DNA of 64,000 nucleotides from Centroscyllium fabricii (lineage: Eukaryota). The notes below the pieces were generated by a model. It worked only from the letters and a program-made list of their open reading frames with translations. It was not told the DNA's origin and searched no databases. Shown in pieces: positions 14,701-29,700 of the stretch (positions are counted from its first letter, which is position 1; every line of letters starts with the position of its first letter). Both the position numbers and the translations under genes were made by a program. The stretch lies in assembly GCA_051313645.2 (NCBI GenBank), contig JBNRSN020000180.1, positions 1,302,001 through 1,366,000 of the forward strand. Direction: 5' to 3'.

Positions 14701-17700
14701 TCATAATACAGGGGATGGTCAGTGATATAAACCCAGGAAATGGGCTGAACCGGGTCATAATACAGGAGATGTTCAGTGATATAAACCCCAGGGAATGGGC
14801 TGAGCCGGGTCATAATACAGGAGATGGTCAGTGATATACACCCCAGGGAATGGACTGAACCGGATCATAATACAGGAGATGGTCAGTGATATAAACCCCA
14901 AAGAATGGACTGAACCGGGTCATAATACAGGAGATGGTCAGTAATAAACCCCAGGGAATGGGCTGAACCGGGTCATAATACAGGAGATGGTCAGTGATAT
15001 AAACCCCAGGGAATGGGCTGAACCGGGTCATAATACAGGGGATGGTCAGTGATATAAACCCAGGGAATGGGCTGAACTGGGTCATAATACAGGGGATGGT
15101 CACTGATATAAACCCTGGGAATGGGCTGAACCGGGTCATAATACAGGAGATGGTCAGTGATATAAACCCAGGGAATGGGCTGAACCGGGTCATAATACAG
15201 GAGATGGTCGGGGATATAAACCCGGGAATGGGCTGAACCGGGTCATAATACAGGAGATGGTCAGTGATATAAATCCATGGAATGGGCTGAACCGGGTCAT
15301 AATACAGGAGATGGTCAGTGATATAAACCCAGGAAATGGGCTGAACCGGGTCATAATACAGGAGATGTTCAGTGATATAAACCCCAGGGAATGGGCTGAA
15401 CCGGGTCATAATACAGGAGATGGTCAGTGATATAAACCCCAGGGAATGGACTGAACCGGATCATAATACAGGAGATGGTCAGTGATATAAACCCCAGGGA
15501 ATGGACTGAACCGGGTCATAATACAGGAGATGGTCAGTAATAAACCCCAGGGAATGGGCTGAACCGGATCATAATACAGGGAATGGTCAGTGATATAAAC
15601 CCCAGGGAATGGACTGAACCGGGTCATAATACAGTGAATGGTCAGTGATATAAACCCCAGGGAATGGGCTGAACCGGGTCATAATACAGGAGATGGTCAG
15701 TGATATAAACCCAGGGAATGGACTGAAGTGGTTCATAATACAGGAGATGGTCAGTGATATAAACCCAGGGAATGGACTGAACTGGGTCATAATGCAGGAG
15801 ATGGTCAGTGATATAAACCCAGGGAATGGGCTGAACTGGGTCATAATACAGGGGATGGTCAGTGATATAAACCCCAGGGAATGGACTGAACTGGGTCATA
15901 ATACAGGAGATGGTCAGTGATATAAACCCCAGGGAATGGACAGAACCGGATCATAATACAGGAGATGGTCAGTGATATAAACCCCAGGGAATGGACTGAA
16001 CCGGGTCATAATACAGGAGATGGTCAGTAATAAACCCCAGGGAATGGGCTGAACCGGGTCATAATACAGGAGATGGTCAGTGATATAAACCCCAGTTAAT
16101 GGGCTGAACCGGATCATAATACAGGAGATGGTCAGTGATATAAACCCCAGGGAATGGGCTGAACCGGATCATAATACAGGAGATGGTCAGTGAAAAAAAC
16201 CCAGGGAATGGACTGAACCGGGTCATAATACAGGAGATGGTCAGTGATATAAACCCAGGGCATGGGCTGAACCGGGTCATAATACAGGAGATGGTCAGTG
16301 ATATAAATCCAGGGAATGGGCTGAACCGGGTCATAATACAGGGGATGGTCAGTGATATAAACCCAGGGAATGGGCTGAAGTGGGTCATAATACAGGAGAT
16401 GGTCAGTGATATAAACCCCAGGGAATGGGTGAACTGGGTCATAATACAGGAGATGGTCAGTGATATAAACCCCAGGGAATGGGCTGAACCGGGTCATAAT
16501 ACAGGAGATGGTCAGTGATATAAACCCAGGGAATGGGCTGAACCGGGTCATAATACAGGAGATGGTCAGTGATATAAACCCAGGGAATGGGCTGAACCGG
16601 GTCATAATACAGGAGATGGTCAGTGATATAAACCCCAGGGAATGGACTGAACCGGGTCATAATACAGGAGATGGTCAGTGATATAAACCCCAGGGAATGG
16701 ACTGAACTGGATCATAATACAGGAGATGGTCAGTGATATAAACCCCAGGGAATGGACTGAACCGGGTCATAATACAGGAGATGGTCAGTAATAAACCCCA
16801 GGGAATGGGCTGAACCGGGTCATAATACAGGAGATGGTCAGTGATATAAACCCCAGGGAATGGACTGAACCGGATCATAATACAGGAGATGGTCAGTGAT
16901 ATAAACCCCAGGGAATGGACTGAACCGGGTCATAATACAGGAGATGGTCAGTAATAAACCCCAGGGAATGTGCTGAACCGGGTCATAATACAGGAGATGG
17001 TCAGTGATATAAACCCCAGGGAATGGGCTGAACCGGACCATAATGCAGGAGATGGTCAGTGATATAAACCCCAGGGAATGGGCTGAACCGGATCATAATA
17101 CAAGAGATGGTCAGTGATATAAACCCAGGGAATGGACTGAACCGGGTCATAATACAGGAGATGGTCAGTGATATAAACCCAGGGCATGGGCTGAACCGGG
17201 TCATAATATAGGAGATGGTCAGTGATATAAATCCAGGGAATGGGCTGAACCGGGTCATAATACAGGAGATGGTCAGTGATATAAACCCAGGGAATGGGCT
17301 GAAGTGGGTCATAATACAGGAGATGGTCAGTGATATAAACACAGGGAATGGTCTGAACTGGGTCATAATGCAGGAGATGGTCAGTGATATAAACCCAGGG
17401 AATGGGCTGAACTGGGTCTTAATACAGGGGATGGTCAGTGATATAAACCCCAGGGAATGTGCTGAACCGGGTCATAATACAGGAGATGGTCAGTGATATA
17501 AACCCAGGGAATGGGCTGAACTGGGTCATAATACAGGGGATGGTCAGTGATATAAACCCCAGGGAATGGGCTGAACCGGGTCATAATACAGGAGATGTTC
17601 AGTGATATAAACCCCAGGCAATGGACTGAACTGGGTCATAATACAGGAGATGGTCAGTGATATAAACCCAGGGAATGGGCTGAACCGGGTCATAATACAG

Positions 17701-20700
17701 GAGATGGTCAGTGATATAAACCCAGGGAATGGGCTGAACCGGGTCATAATACAGGAGATGGTCAGTGATATAAATCCAGGGAATTGGCTGAACCGGGTCA
17801 TAATACAGGAGATGGTCAGTGATATAAACCCAGGAAATGGGCTGAACCGGGTCATAATACAGGAGATGTTCAGTGATATAAACCCCAGGGAATGGGCTGA
17901 ACCGGGTCATAATACAGGAGATGGTCAGTGATATAAACCCCAGGGAATGGACTGAACCGGATCATAATACAGGAGATGGTCAGTGATATAAACCCCAGGG
18001 AATGGACTGAACCGGGTCATAATACAGGAGATGGTCAGTAATAAACCCCAGGGAATGTGCTGAACCGGGTCATAATACAGGAGATGGTCAGTGATATAAA
18101 CCCCAGGCAATGGACTGAACTGGGTCATAATACAGGAGATGGTCAGTGATATAAACCCCAGGGAATGGGCTGAACCGGGTCATAATACAGGGGATGGTCA
18201 GTGATATAAACCCAGGGAATGGGCTGAACTGGGTCATAATACAGGGGATGGTCACTGATATAAACCCAGGGAATGGGCTGAACCGGGTCGTAATACACTA
18301 GATGGTCAGTGATATAAACCCAGGAAATGGGCTGAACCGGGTCATAATACAGGAGATGTTCAGTGATATAAACCCCAGGGAATGGGCTGAACCGGGTCAT
18401 AATACAGGAGATGGTCAGTGATATAAACCCCAGGGAATGGACTGAACCGGATCATAATACAGGAGATGGTCAGTGATATAAACCCCAGGGAATGGACTGA
18501 ACCGGGTCATAATACAGGAGATGGTCAGTAATAAACCCCAGGGAATGGGCTGAACCGGGTCATAATACAGGAGATGGTCAGTGATATAAACCCCAGGGAA
18601 TGGGCTGAACCGGATCATAATACAGGAGATGGTCAGTGATATAAACCCCAGGGAATGGGCTGAACCGGGTCATAATACAGGAGATGGTCAGTGATATAAA
18701 CCAAGGGAATGGGCTGAACCGGGTCATAATACAGGAGATGGTCAGTGATATAAACCCCAGGGAATGGACTGAACCGGGTCATAATACAGGAGATGGTCAG
18801 TGATATAAACCCCAAGGAATGGACTGAACTGGATCATAATACAGGAGATGGTCAGTGATATAAACCCCAGGGAATGGGCTGAACCGGGTCATAATACAGG
18901 GGATGGTCAGTGATATAAACCCCAGGGAATGGGCTGAACTGGGTCATAATACAGGAGATGGTCAGTGAAATAAACCCCAGGGAATGGACTGAACCGGATC
19001 ATAATACAGGAGATGGTCAGTGATATAAACCCCAGGGAATGGACTGAACCGGGTCATAATACAGGAGATGGTCAGTGATATAAATCCAGGGAATAGGCTG
19101 AACCGGGTCATAATACAGGAGATGGTCAGTGATATAAACCCAGGAAATGGGCTGAACCGGGTCATAATACAGGAGGTGTTCAGTGATATAAACCCCAGGG
19201 AATGGGCTGAACCGGGTCATAATACAGGAGATGGTCAGTGATATAAACCCCAGGGAATGGACTGAACCGGATCATAATACAGGAGATGGTCAGTGATATA
19301 AACCCCAAAGAATGGACTGAACCGGGTCATAATGCAGGAGATGGTCAGTGATATAAACCCAGGGAATGGGCTGAACTGGGTCATAATACAGGGGATGGTC
19401 AGTGATATAAACCCCAGGGAATGGGCTGAACCGGGTCATAATAAAGGAGATGGTCAGTGATATAAACCCAGGGAATGGGCTGAACTGGGTCATAATACAG
19501 GGGATGGTCAGTGATATCAACCCCAGGGAATGGGCTGAACCGGGTCATAATGCAGGAGATGGTCAGTGATATAAACCCCAGGGAATGGACTGAACTGGGT
19601 CATAATACAAGAGATGGTCAGTGATATAAACCCCAGGGAATGGGCTGAACCGGGTCATAATACAGGGGATGGTCAGTGATATAAACCCAGGGAATGGGCT
19701 GAACTGGGTCATAATAGAGGGGATGGTCACTGATATAAACCCAGGGAGTGGGCTCAACCGGGTCATAATACAGGAGATGGTCAGTGATATAAACCCAGGG
19801 AATGGGCTGAACCGGGTCATAATACAGGAGATGGTCGGGGATATAAACCCGGGAATGGGCTGAACCGGGTCATAATACAGGAGATGGTCAGTGATATAAA
19901 TCCAGGGAATGGGCTGAACCGGGTCATAATACAGGAGATGTTCAGTGATATAAAGCCCAGGGAATGGGCTGAACTGTGTCATAATACAGGGGATGGTCAG
20001 TGATATAAACCCAGGGAATGGGCTGAACCGGGTCATAATACAGGAGATGGTCAGTGATATAAATCCAGGGAATGGGCTGAACCGGGTCATAATACAGGAG
20101 ATGGTCAGTGATATAAACCCAGGGAATGGACTGAACCGGGTCATAATAGAGGGGATGGTCAGTGATATAAACCCCAGGGAATGGGCTGAACCGGATCATA
20201 ATACAGGGGATGGTCAGTGATATAAACCCAGGAAATGGGCTGAACCGGGTCATAATACAGGAGATGTTCAGTGATATAAACCCCAGGGAATGGGCTGAAC
20301 CGGGTCATAATACAGGAGATGGTCAGTGATATACACCCCAGGGAATGGACTGAACCGGATCATAATACAGGAGATGGTCAGTGATATAAACCCCAAAGAA
20401 TGGACTGAACCGGGTCATAATACAGGAGATGGTCAGTAATAAACCCCAGGGAATGGGCTGAACCGGGTCATAATACAGGAGATGGTCAGTGATATAAACC
20501 CCAGGCAATGGACTGAACTGGGTCATAATACAGGAGATGGTCAGTGATATAAACACCAGGGAATGGGCTGAACCGGGTCATAATACAGGGGATGGTCAGT
20601 GATATAAACCCAGGGAATGGGCTGAACTGGGTCATAATACAGGGGATGGTCACTGATATAAACCCTGGGAATGGGCTGAACCGGGTCATAATACAGGAGA

Positions 20701-23700
20701 TGGTCAGTGATATAAACCCAGGGAATGGGCTGAACCGGGTCATAATACAGGAGATGGTCGGGGATATAAACCCGGGAATGGGCTGAACCGGGTCATAATA
20801 CAGGAGATGGTCAGTGATATAAATCCAGGGAATGGGCTGAACCGGGTCATAATACAGGGGATGGTCAGTGATATAAACCCCAGGGAATGGGCTGAACTGG
20901 GTCATAATACAGGAGATGGTCAGTGAAATAAACCCCAGGGAATGGACTGAACCGGATCATAATACAGGAGATGGTCAGTGATATAAACCCCAGGGAATGG
21001 ACTGAACCGGGTCATAATACAGGAGATGGTCAGTGATATAAATCCAGGGAATAGGCTGAACCGGGTCATAATACAGGAGATGGTCAGTGATATAAACCCA
21101 GGAAATGGGCTGAACCGGGTCATAATACAGGAGGTGTTCAGTGATATAAACCCCAGGGAATGGGCTGAACCGGGTCATAATACAGGAGATGGTCAGTGAT
21201 ATAAACCCCAGGGAATGGACTGAACCGGATCATAATACAGGAGATGGTCAGTGATATAAACCCCAAAGAATGGACTGAACCGGGTCATAATGCAGGAGAT
21301 GGTCAGTGATATAAACCCAGGGAATGGGCTGAACTGGGTCATAATACAGGGGATGGTCAGTGATATAAACCCCAGGGAATGGGCTGAACCGGGTCATAAT
21401 AAAGGAGATGGTCAGTGATATAAACCCAGGGAATGGGCTGAACTGGGTCATAATACAGGGGATGGTCAGTGATATCAACCCCAGGGAATGGGCTGAACCG
21501 GGTCATAATGCAGGAGATGGTCAGTGATATAAACCCCAGGGAATGGACTGAACTGGGTCATAATACAAGAGATGGTCAGTGATATAAACCCCAGGGAATG
21601 GGCTGAACCGGGTCATAATACAGGGGATGGTCAGTGATATAAACCCAGGGAATGGGCTGAACTGGGTCATAATACAGGGGATGGTCACTGATATAAACCC
21701 AGGGAGTGGGCTCAACCGGGTCATAATACAGGAGATGGTCAATGATATAAACCCAGGGAATGGGCTGAACCGGGTCATAATACAGGAGATGGTCGGGGAT
21801 ATAAACCCGGGAATGGGCTGAACCGGGTCATAATACAGGAGATGGTCAGTGATATAAATCCAGGGAATGGGCTGAACCGGGTCATAATACAGGAGATGTT
21901 CAGTGATATAAAGCCCAGGGAATGGGCTGAACTGTGTCATAATACAGGGGATGGTCAGTGATATAAACCCAGGGAATGGGCTGAACCGGGTCATAATACA
22001 GGAGATGGTCAGTGATATAAATCCAGGGAATGGGCTGAACCGGGTCATAATACAGGAGATGGTCAGTGATATAAACCCAGGGAATGGACTGAACCGGGTC
22101 ATAATAGAGGGGATGGTCAGTGATATAAACCCCAGGGAATGGGCTGAACCGGATCATAATACAGGGGATGGTCAGTGATATAAACCCAGGAAATGGGCTG
22201 AACCGGGTCATAATACAGGAGATGTTCAGTGATATAAACCCCAGGGAATGGGCTGAACCGGGTCATAATACAGGAGATGGTCAGTGATATACACCCCAGG
22301 GAATGGACTGAACCGGATCATAATACAGGAGATGGTCAGTGATATAAACCCCAAAGAATGGACTGAACCGGGTCATAATACAGGAGATGGTCAGTAATAA
22401 ACCCCAGGGAATGGGCTGAACCGGGTCATAATACAGGAGATGGTCAGTGATATAAACCCCAGGCAATGGACTGAACTGGGTCATAATACAGGAGATGGTC
22501 AGTGATATAAACCCCAGGGAATGGGCTGAACCGGGTCATAATACAGGGGATGGTCAGTGATATAAACCCAGGGAATGGGCTGAACTGGGTCATAATACAG
22601 GGGATGGTCACTGATATAAACCCTGGGAATGGGCTGAACCGGGTCATAATACAGGAGATGGTCAGTGATATAAACCCAGGGAATGGGCTGAACCGGGTCA
22701 TAATACAGGAGATGGTCGGGGATATAAACCCGGGAATGGGCTGAACCGGGTCATAATACAGGAGATGGTCAGTGATATAAATCCAGGGAATGGGCTGAAC
22801 CGGGTCATAAGACAGGAGATGGTCAGTGATATAAACCCAGGAAATGGGCTGAACCGGGTCATAATACAGGAGATGTTCAGTGATATAAACCCCAGGGAAT
22901 GGGCTGAACCGGGTCATAATACAGGAGATGGTCAGTGATATAAACCCCAGGGAATGGACTGAACCGGATCATAATACAGGAGATGGTCAGTGATATAAAC
23001 CCCAGGGAATGGACTGAACCGGGTCATAATACAGGAGATGGTCAGTAATAAACCCCAGGGAATGGGCTGAACCGGGTCATAATACAGGAGATGGTCAGTG
23101 ATATAAACCCCAGGGAATGGGCTGAACCGGATCATAATACAGGAGATGGTCAGTGATATAAACCCCAGGGAATGGGCTGAACCGGATCTTAATACAGGAG
23201 ATGGTCAGTGATATAAACCCAGGGAATGGACTGAACCGGGTCATAATACAGGAGATGGTCAGTGATATAAACTTAGGGCATGGGCTGAACCGGGTCATAA
23301 TACAGGAGATGGTCAGTGATATAAATCCAGGGAATGGGCTGAACCGGGTCATAATACAGGGGATGGTCAGTGATATAAACCCAGGGAATGGGCTGAAGTG
23401 GGTCATAATACAGGAAATGGTCAGTGATATAAACCCAGGGAATGGACTGAACTGGGTCATAATGCAGGAGATGGTCAGTGATATAAACCCAGGGAATGGG
23501 CTGAACTGGGTCATAATACAGGGGATGGTCAGTGATATAAACCCCAGGGAATGGGCTGAACCGGGTCATAATACAGGAGATGGTCAGTGATATAAACCCA
23601 GGGAATGGGCTGAACTGGGTCATAATACAGGGGATGGTCAGTGATATAAACCCCAGGGAATGGGCTGAACCGGGTCATAATACAGGAGATGGTCAGTGAT

Positions 23701-26700
23701 ATAAACCCCAGGGAATGGACTGAACTGGGTCATAATACAGGAGATGGTCAGTGATATAAACCCAGGGAATGGGCTGAACCGGGTCATAATACAGGAGATG
23801 GTCAGTGATATAAACCCAGGGAATGGGCTGAACCGGGTCATAATACAGGAGATGGTCGGGGATATAAACCCGGGAATGGGCTGAACCGGGTCATAATACA
23901 GGAGATGGTCAGTGATATAAATCCAGGGAATGGGCTGAACCGGGTCATAATACAGGAGATGGTCAGTGATATAAACCCAGGAAATGGGCTGAACCGGGTC
24001 ATAATACAGGAGATGTTCAGTGATATAAACCCCAGGGAATGGGCTGAACTGGGTCATAATACAGGGGATGGTCAGGGATATAAACCCCAGGGAATGGGCT
24101 GAACCGGGTCATAATACAGGGGATGGTCAGTGATATATACCCAGGGAATGGACTGAACCGGGTCATAATACAGGTGATGGTCAGTGATATAAACCCAGGG
24201 AATGGGCTGAACCGGGTCATAATACAGGAGATGGTCCGTGATATAAACCCCAGGGAATGGGCTGAACTGGGTCATAATACAGGGGATGGTCACTGATATA
24301 AACCCAGGGAATGGGCTGAACCGGGTCATAATACAGGAGATAGTCTGTGATATAAACTCAGGGAATGGGCTGAACCGGGTCATAATACAGGAGATGGTCA
24401 GTGATATAAATCCAGGGAATGGGCTGAACCGGGTCATAATACAGGAGATGGTCAGCGATATAAACCCCAGGGAATGGACTGAACCGGGTCATAATACAGG
24501 AGATGGTCAGTAATAAACCCCAGGGAATGGGCTGAACCGGGTCATAATACAGGAGATGGTCAGTGATATAAACCCCAGGCAATGGACTGAACTGGGTCAT
24601 AATACAGGAGATGGTCAGTGATATAAACCCCAGGGAATGGGCTGAACCGGGTCATAATACAGGGGATGGCCAGTGATATAAACCCAGGGAATGGGCTGAA
24701 CTGGGTCATAATACAGGGGATGGTCACTGATATAAACCCAGGGAATGGGCTGAACCGGGTCATAATACAGGAGATGGTCAGTGATATAAACCCAGGGAAT
24801 GGGCTGAACCGGGTCATAATACAGGAGATGGTCGGGGATATAAACCCGGGAATGGGCTGAACCGGGTCATAATACAGGAGATGGTCAGTGATATAAATCC
24901 AGGGAATGGGCTGAACCGGGTCATAATACAGGAGATGGTCAGTGATATAAACCCAGGAAATGGGCTGAACCGGGTCATAATACAGGAGGTGTTCAGTGAT
25001 ATAAACCCCAGGGAATGGGCTGAACCGGATCATAATACAGGAGATGGTCAGTGATATTATCCCCAGGGAATGGACTGAACCGGATCATAATACAGGAGAT
25101 GGTCAGTGTTATAAACCCCAGGGAATGGACTGAACCGGGTCATAATACAGGAGATGGTCAGTAATAAACCCCAGGGAATTGGCTGAACCGGGTCATAATA
25201 CAGGAGATGGTCAGTGATATAAACCCAAGGGAATGGGCTGAACCGGATCATAATACAGGAGATGGTCAGTGATATAAACCCAGGGAATGGACTGTACCGG
25301 GTCATAATACAGGAGATGGTCAGTGATATCAACCCAGGGCATGGGCTGAACCGGGTCATAATACAGGAGATGGTCAGTGATATAAATCCATAGAATGAGC
25401 TGAACCGGGTCATAATACAGGGGATGGTCAGTGATATAAACCCAGGGAATGGGCTGAAGTGGGTCATAATACAGGAGATGGTCAGTGATATAAACCCAGG
25501 GAATGGACTGAACTGGGTCATAATGCAGGAGATGGTCAGTGATGTAAACCCAGGGAATGGGCTGAACTGGGTCATAATACAGGGGATGGTCAGTGATATA
25601 AACACCAGGGAATGGGCTGAACCGGGTCATAATACAGGAGATGGTCAGTGATATAAACCTAGGGAATGGGCTGAACTGGGTCATAATACAGGGGATGGTC
25701 AGTGAGAAAACCCCAGGGAATGGGCTGAACCGGGTCATAATACAGGAGATGTTCAGTGATATAAACCCCAGGGAATGGGCTGAACTGTGTCATAATACAG
25801 GGGATGGTCAGTGATATAAACCCAGGGAATGGGCTGAACCGGGTCATAATACAGGAGATGGTCAGTGATATTAATCCAGGGAATGGGCTGAACCGGGTCA
25901 TAATACAGGAGATGGTCAGTGATATAAACCCAGGAAATGGGCTGAATCGGGTCATAATACAGGAGATGTTCAGTGATATAAACCCCAGGGAATGGGCTGA
26001 ACTGTGTCATAATACAGGGGATGGTCAGTGATATAAACCCAGGGAATGGGCTGAACCGGGTCATAATACAGGAGATGGTCAGTGATATAAACCCAGGGAA
26101 TGGACTGAACCGGGTCATAATAGAGGCGATGGTCAGTGATATAAACCCCAGGGAATGGGCTGAACCGGATCATAATACAGGGGATTGTCAGTGATATAAA
26201 CCCAGGAAATGGGCTGAACCGGGTCATAATACAGGAGATGGTCGGGGATATAAACCCCAGGGAATGGGCTGAACCGGGCCATAATACAGGAGATGGTCAG
26301 TGATATACACCCCAGGGAATGGACTGAACCGGATCATAATACAGGAGATGGTCAGTGATATAAACCCCAAAGAATGGACTGAACCGGGTCATAATACAGG
26401 AGATGTTCAGTGATATAAACCCCAGGGAATGGGCTGAACTGGGTCATAATACAGGGGATGGTCAGGGATATAAACCCCAGGGAATGGGCTGAACCGGGTC
26501 ATAATACAGGGGATGGTCAGTGATATATACCCAGGGAATGGACTGAACCGGGTCATAATACAGGTGATGGTCAGTGATATAAACCCAGGGAATGGGCTGA
26601 ACCGGGTCATAATACAGGAGATGGTCCGTGATATAAACCCCAGGGAATGGGCTGAACTGGGTCATAATACAGGGGATGGTCACTGATATAAACCCAGGGA

Positions 26701-29700
26701 ATGGGCTGAACCGGGTCATAATACAGGAGATGGTCTGTGATATAAACTCAGGGAATGGGCTGAACCGGGTCATAATACAGGAGATGGTCAGTGATATAAA
26801 TCCAGGGAATGGGCTGAACCGGGTCATAATACAGGAGATGGTCAGCGATATAAACCCCAGGGAATGGACTGAACCGGGTCATAATACAGGAGATGGTCAG
26901 TAATAAACCCCAGGGAATGGGCTGAACCGGGTCATAATACAGGAGATGGTCAGTGATATAAACCCCAGGCAATGGACTGAACTGGGTCATAATACAGGAG
27001 ATGGTCAGTGATATAAACCCCAGGGAATGGGCTGAACCGGGTCATAATACAGGGGATGGCCAGTGATATAAACCCAGGGAATGGGCTGAACTGGGTCATA
27101 ATACAGGGGATGGTCACTGATATAAACCCAGGGAATGGGCTGAACCGGGTCATAATACAGGAGATGGTCAGTGATATAAACCCAGGGAATGGGCTGAACC
27201 GGGTCATAATACAGGAGATGGTCGGGGATATAAACCCGGGAATGGGCTGAACCGGGTCATAATACAGGAGATGGTCAGTGATATAAATCCAGGGAATGGG
27301 CTGAACCGGGTCATAATACAGGAGATGGTCAGTGATATAAACCCAGGAAATGGGCTGAACCGGGTCATAATACAGGAGGTGTTCAGTGATATAAACCCCA
27401 GGGAATGGGCTGAACCGGGTCATAATACAGGAGATGGTCAGTGATATTATCCCCAGGGAATGGACTGAACCGGATCATAATACAGGAGATGGTCAGTGTT
27501 ATAAACCCCAGGGAATGGACTGAACCGGGTCATAATACAGGAGATGGTCAGTAATAAACCCCAGGGAATTGGCTGAACCGGGTCATAATACAGGAGATGG
27601 TCAGTGATATAAACCCAAGGGAATGGGCTGAACCGGATCATAATACAGGAGATGGTCAGTGATATAAACCCAGGGAATGGACTGTACCGGGTCATAATAC
27701 AGGAGATGGTCAGTGATATCAACCCAGGGCATGGGCTGAACCGGGTCATAATACAGGAGATGGTCAGTGATATAAATCCATAGAATGAGCTGAACCGGGT
27801 CATAATACAGGGGATGGTCAGTGATATAAACCCAGGGAATGGGCTGAAGTGGGTCATAATACAGGAGATGGTCAGTGATATAAACCCAGGGAATGGACTG
27901 AACTGGGTCATAATGCAGGAGATGGTCAGTGATGTAAACCCAGGGAATGGGCTGAACTGGGTCATAATACAGGGGATGGTCAGTGATATAAACACCAGGG
28001 AATGGGCTGAACCGGGTCATAATACAGGAGATGGTCAGTGATATAAACCTAGGGAATGGGCTGAACTGGGTCATAATACAGGGGATGGTCAGTGAGAAAA
28101 CCCCAGGGAATGGGCTGAACCGGGTCATAATACAGGAGATGCTCAGTGATATAAACCCCAGGGAATGGACTGAACTGGGTCATAATACAGGAGATGGTCA
28201 GTGATATAAACCCCAGGGAATGGCCTGAACCGGGTCATAATACAGGGGATGGTCAGTGATATAAACCCAGGGAATGGGCTGAACTGGGTCATAATACAGG
28301 GGATGGTCACTGATATAAACCCAGGGAATGGGCTGAACCGGGTCATAATACAGGAGATGGTCAGTGATATTAATCCAGGGAATGGGCTGAACCGGGTCAT
28401 AATACAGGAGATGGTCAGTGATATAAACCCAGGGAATGGACTGAACCGGGTCATAATAGAGGGGATGGTCAGTGATATAAACCCCAGGGAATGGGCTGAA
28501 CCGGATCATAATACAGGGGATGGTCAGTGATATAAACCCAGGAAATGGGCTGAACCGGGTCATAATACAGGAGATGTTCAGTGATATAAACCCCAGGGAA
28601 TGGGCTGAACCGGGCCATAATACAGGAGATGGTCAGTGATATACACCCCAGGGAATGGACTGAACCGGATCATAATACAGGAGATGGTCAGTGATATAAA
28701 CCCCAAAGAATGGACTGAACCGGGTCATAATACAGGAGATGGTCAGTAATAAACCCCAGGGAATGGGCTGAACCGGGTCATAATACAGGGGATGGTCAGT
28801 GATATAAACCCAGGGAATGGGCTGAACTGGGTCATAATACAGGGGATGGTCACTGATATAAACCCTGGGAATGGGCTGAACCGGGTCATAATACAGGAGA
28901 TGGTCAGTGATATAAACCCAGGGAATGGGCTGAACCGGGTCATAATACAGGAGATGGTCAGTGATATAAATCCAGGGAATGGGCTGAACCGGGTCATAAT
29001 ACAGGAGATGGTCAGTGATATAAACCCAGGAAATGGGCTGAACCGGGTCATAATACAGGAGATGTTCAGTGATATAAACCCCAGGGAATGGGCTGAACCG
29101 GGTCATAATACAGGAGATGGTCAGTGATATAAACCCCAGGGAATGGACTGAACCGGATCATAATACAGGAGATGGTCAGTGATATAAACCCCAGGGAATG
29201 GACTGAACCGGGTCATAATACAGGAGATGGTCAGTAATAAACCCCAGGGAATGGGCTGAACCGGGTCATAATACAGGAGATGGTCAGTGATATAAACCCC
29301 AGGGAATGGGCTGAACCGGATCATAATACAGGAGATGGTCAGTGATATAAACCCCAGGGAATGGGCTGAACCGGATCTTAATACAGGAGATGGTCAGTGA
29401 TATAAACCCAGGGAATGGACTGAACCGGGTCATAATACAGGAGATGGTCAGTGATATAAACTTAGGGCATGGGCTGAACCGGGTCATAATACAGGAGATG
29501 GTCAGTGATATAAATCCAGGGAATGGGCTGAACCGGGTCATAATACAGGGGATGGTCAGTGATATAAACCCAGGGAATGGGCTGAAGTGGGTCATAATAC
29601 AGGAAATGGTCAGTGATATAAACCCAGGGAATGGACTGAACTGGGTCATAATGCAGGAGATGGTCAGTGATATAAACCCAGGGAATGGGCTGAACTGGGT

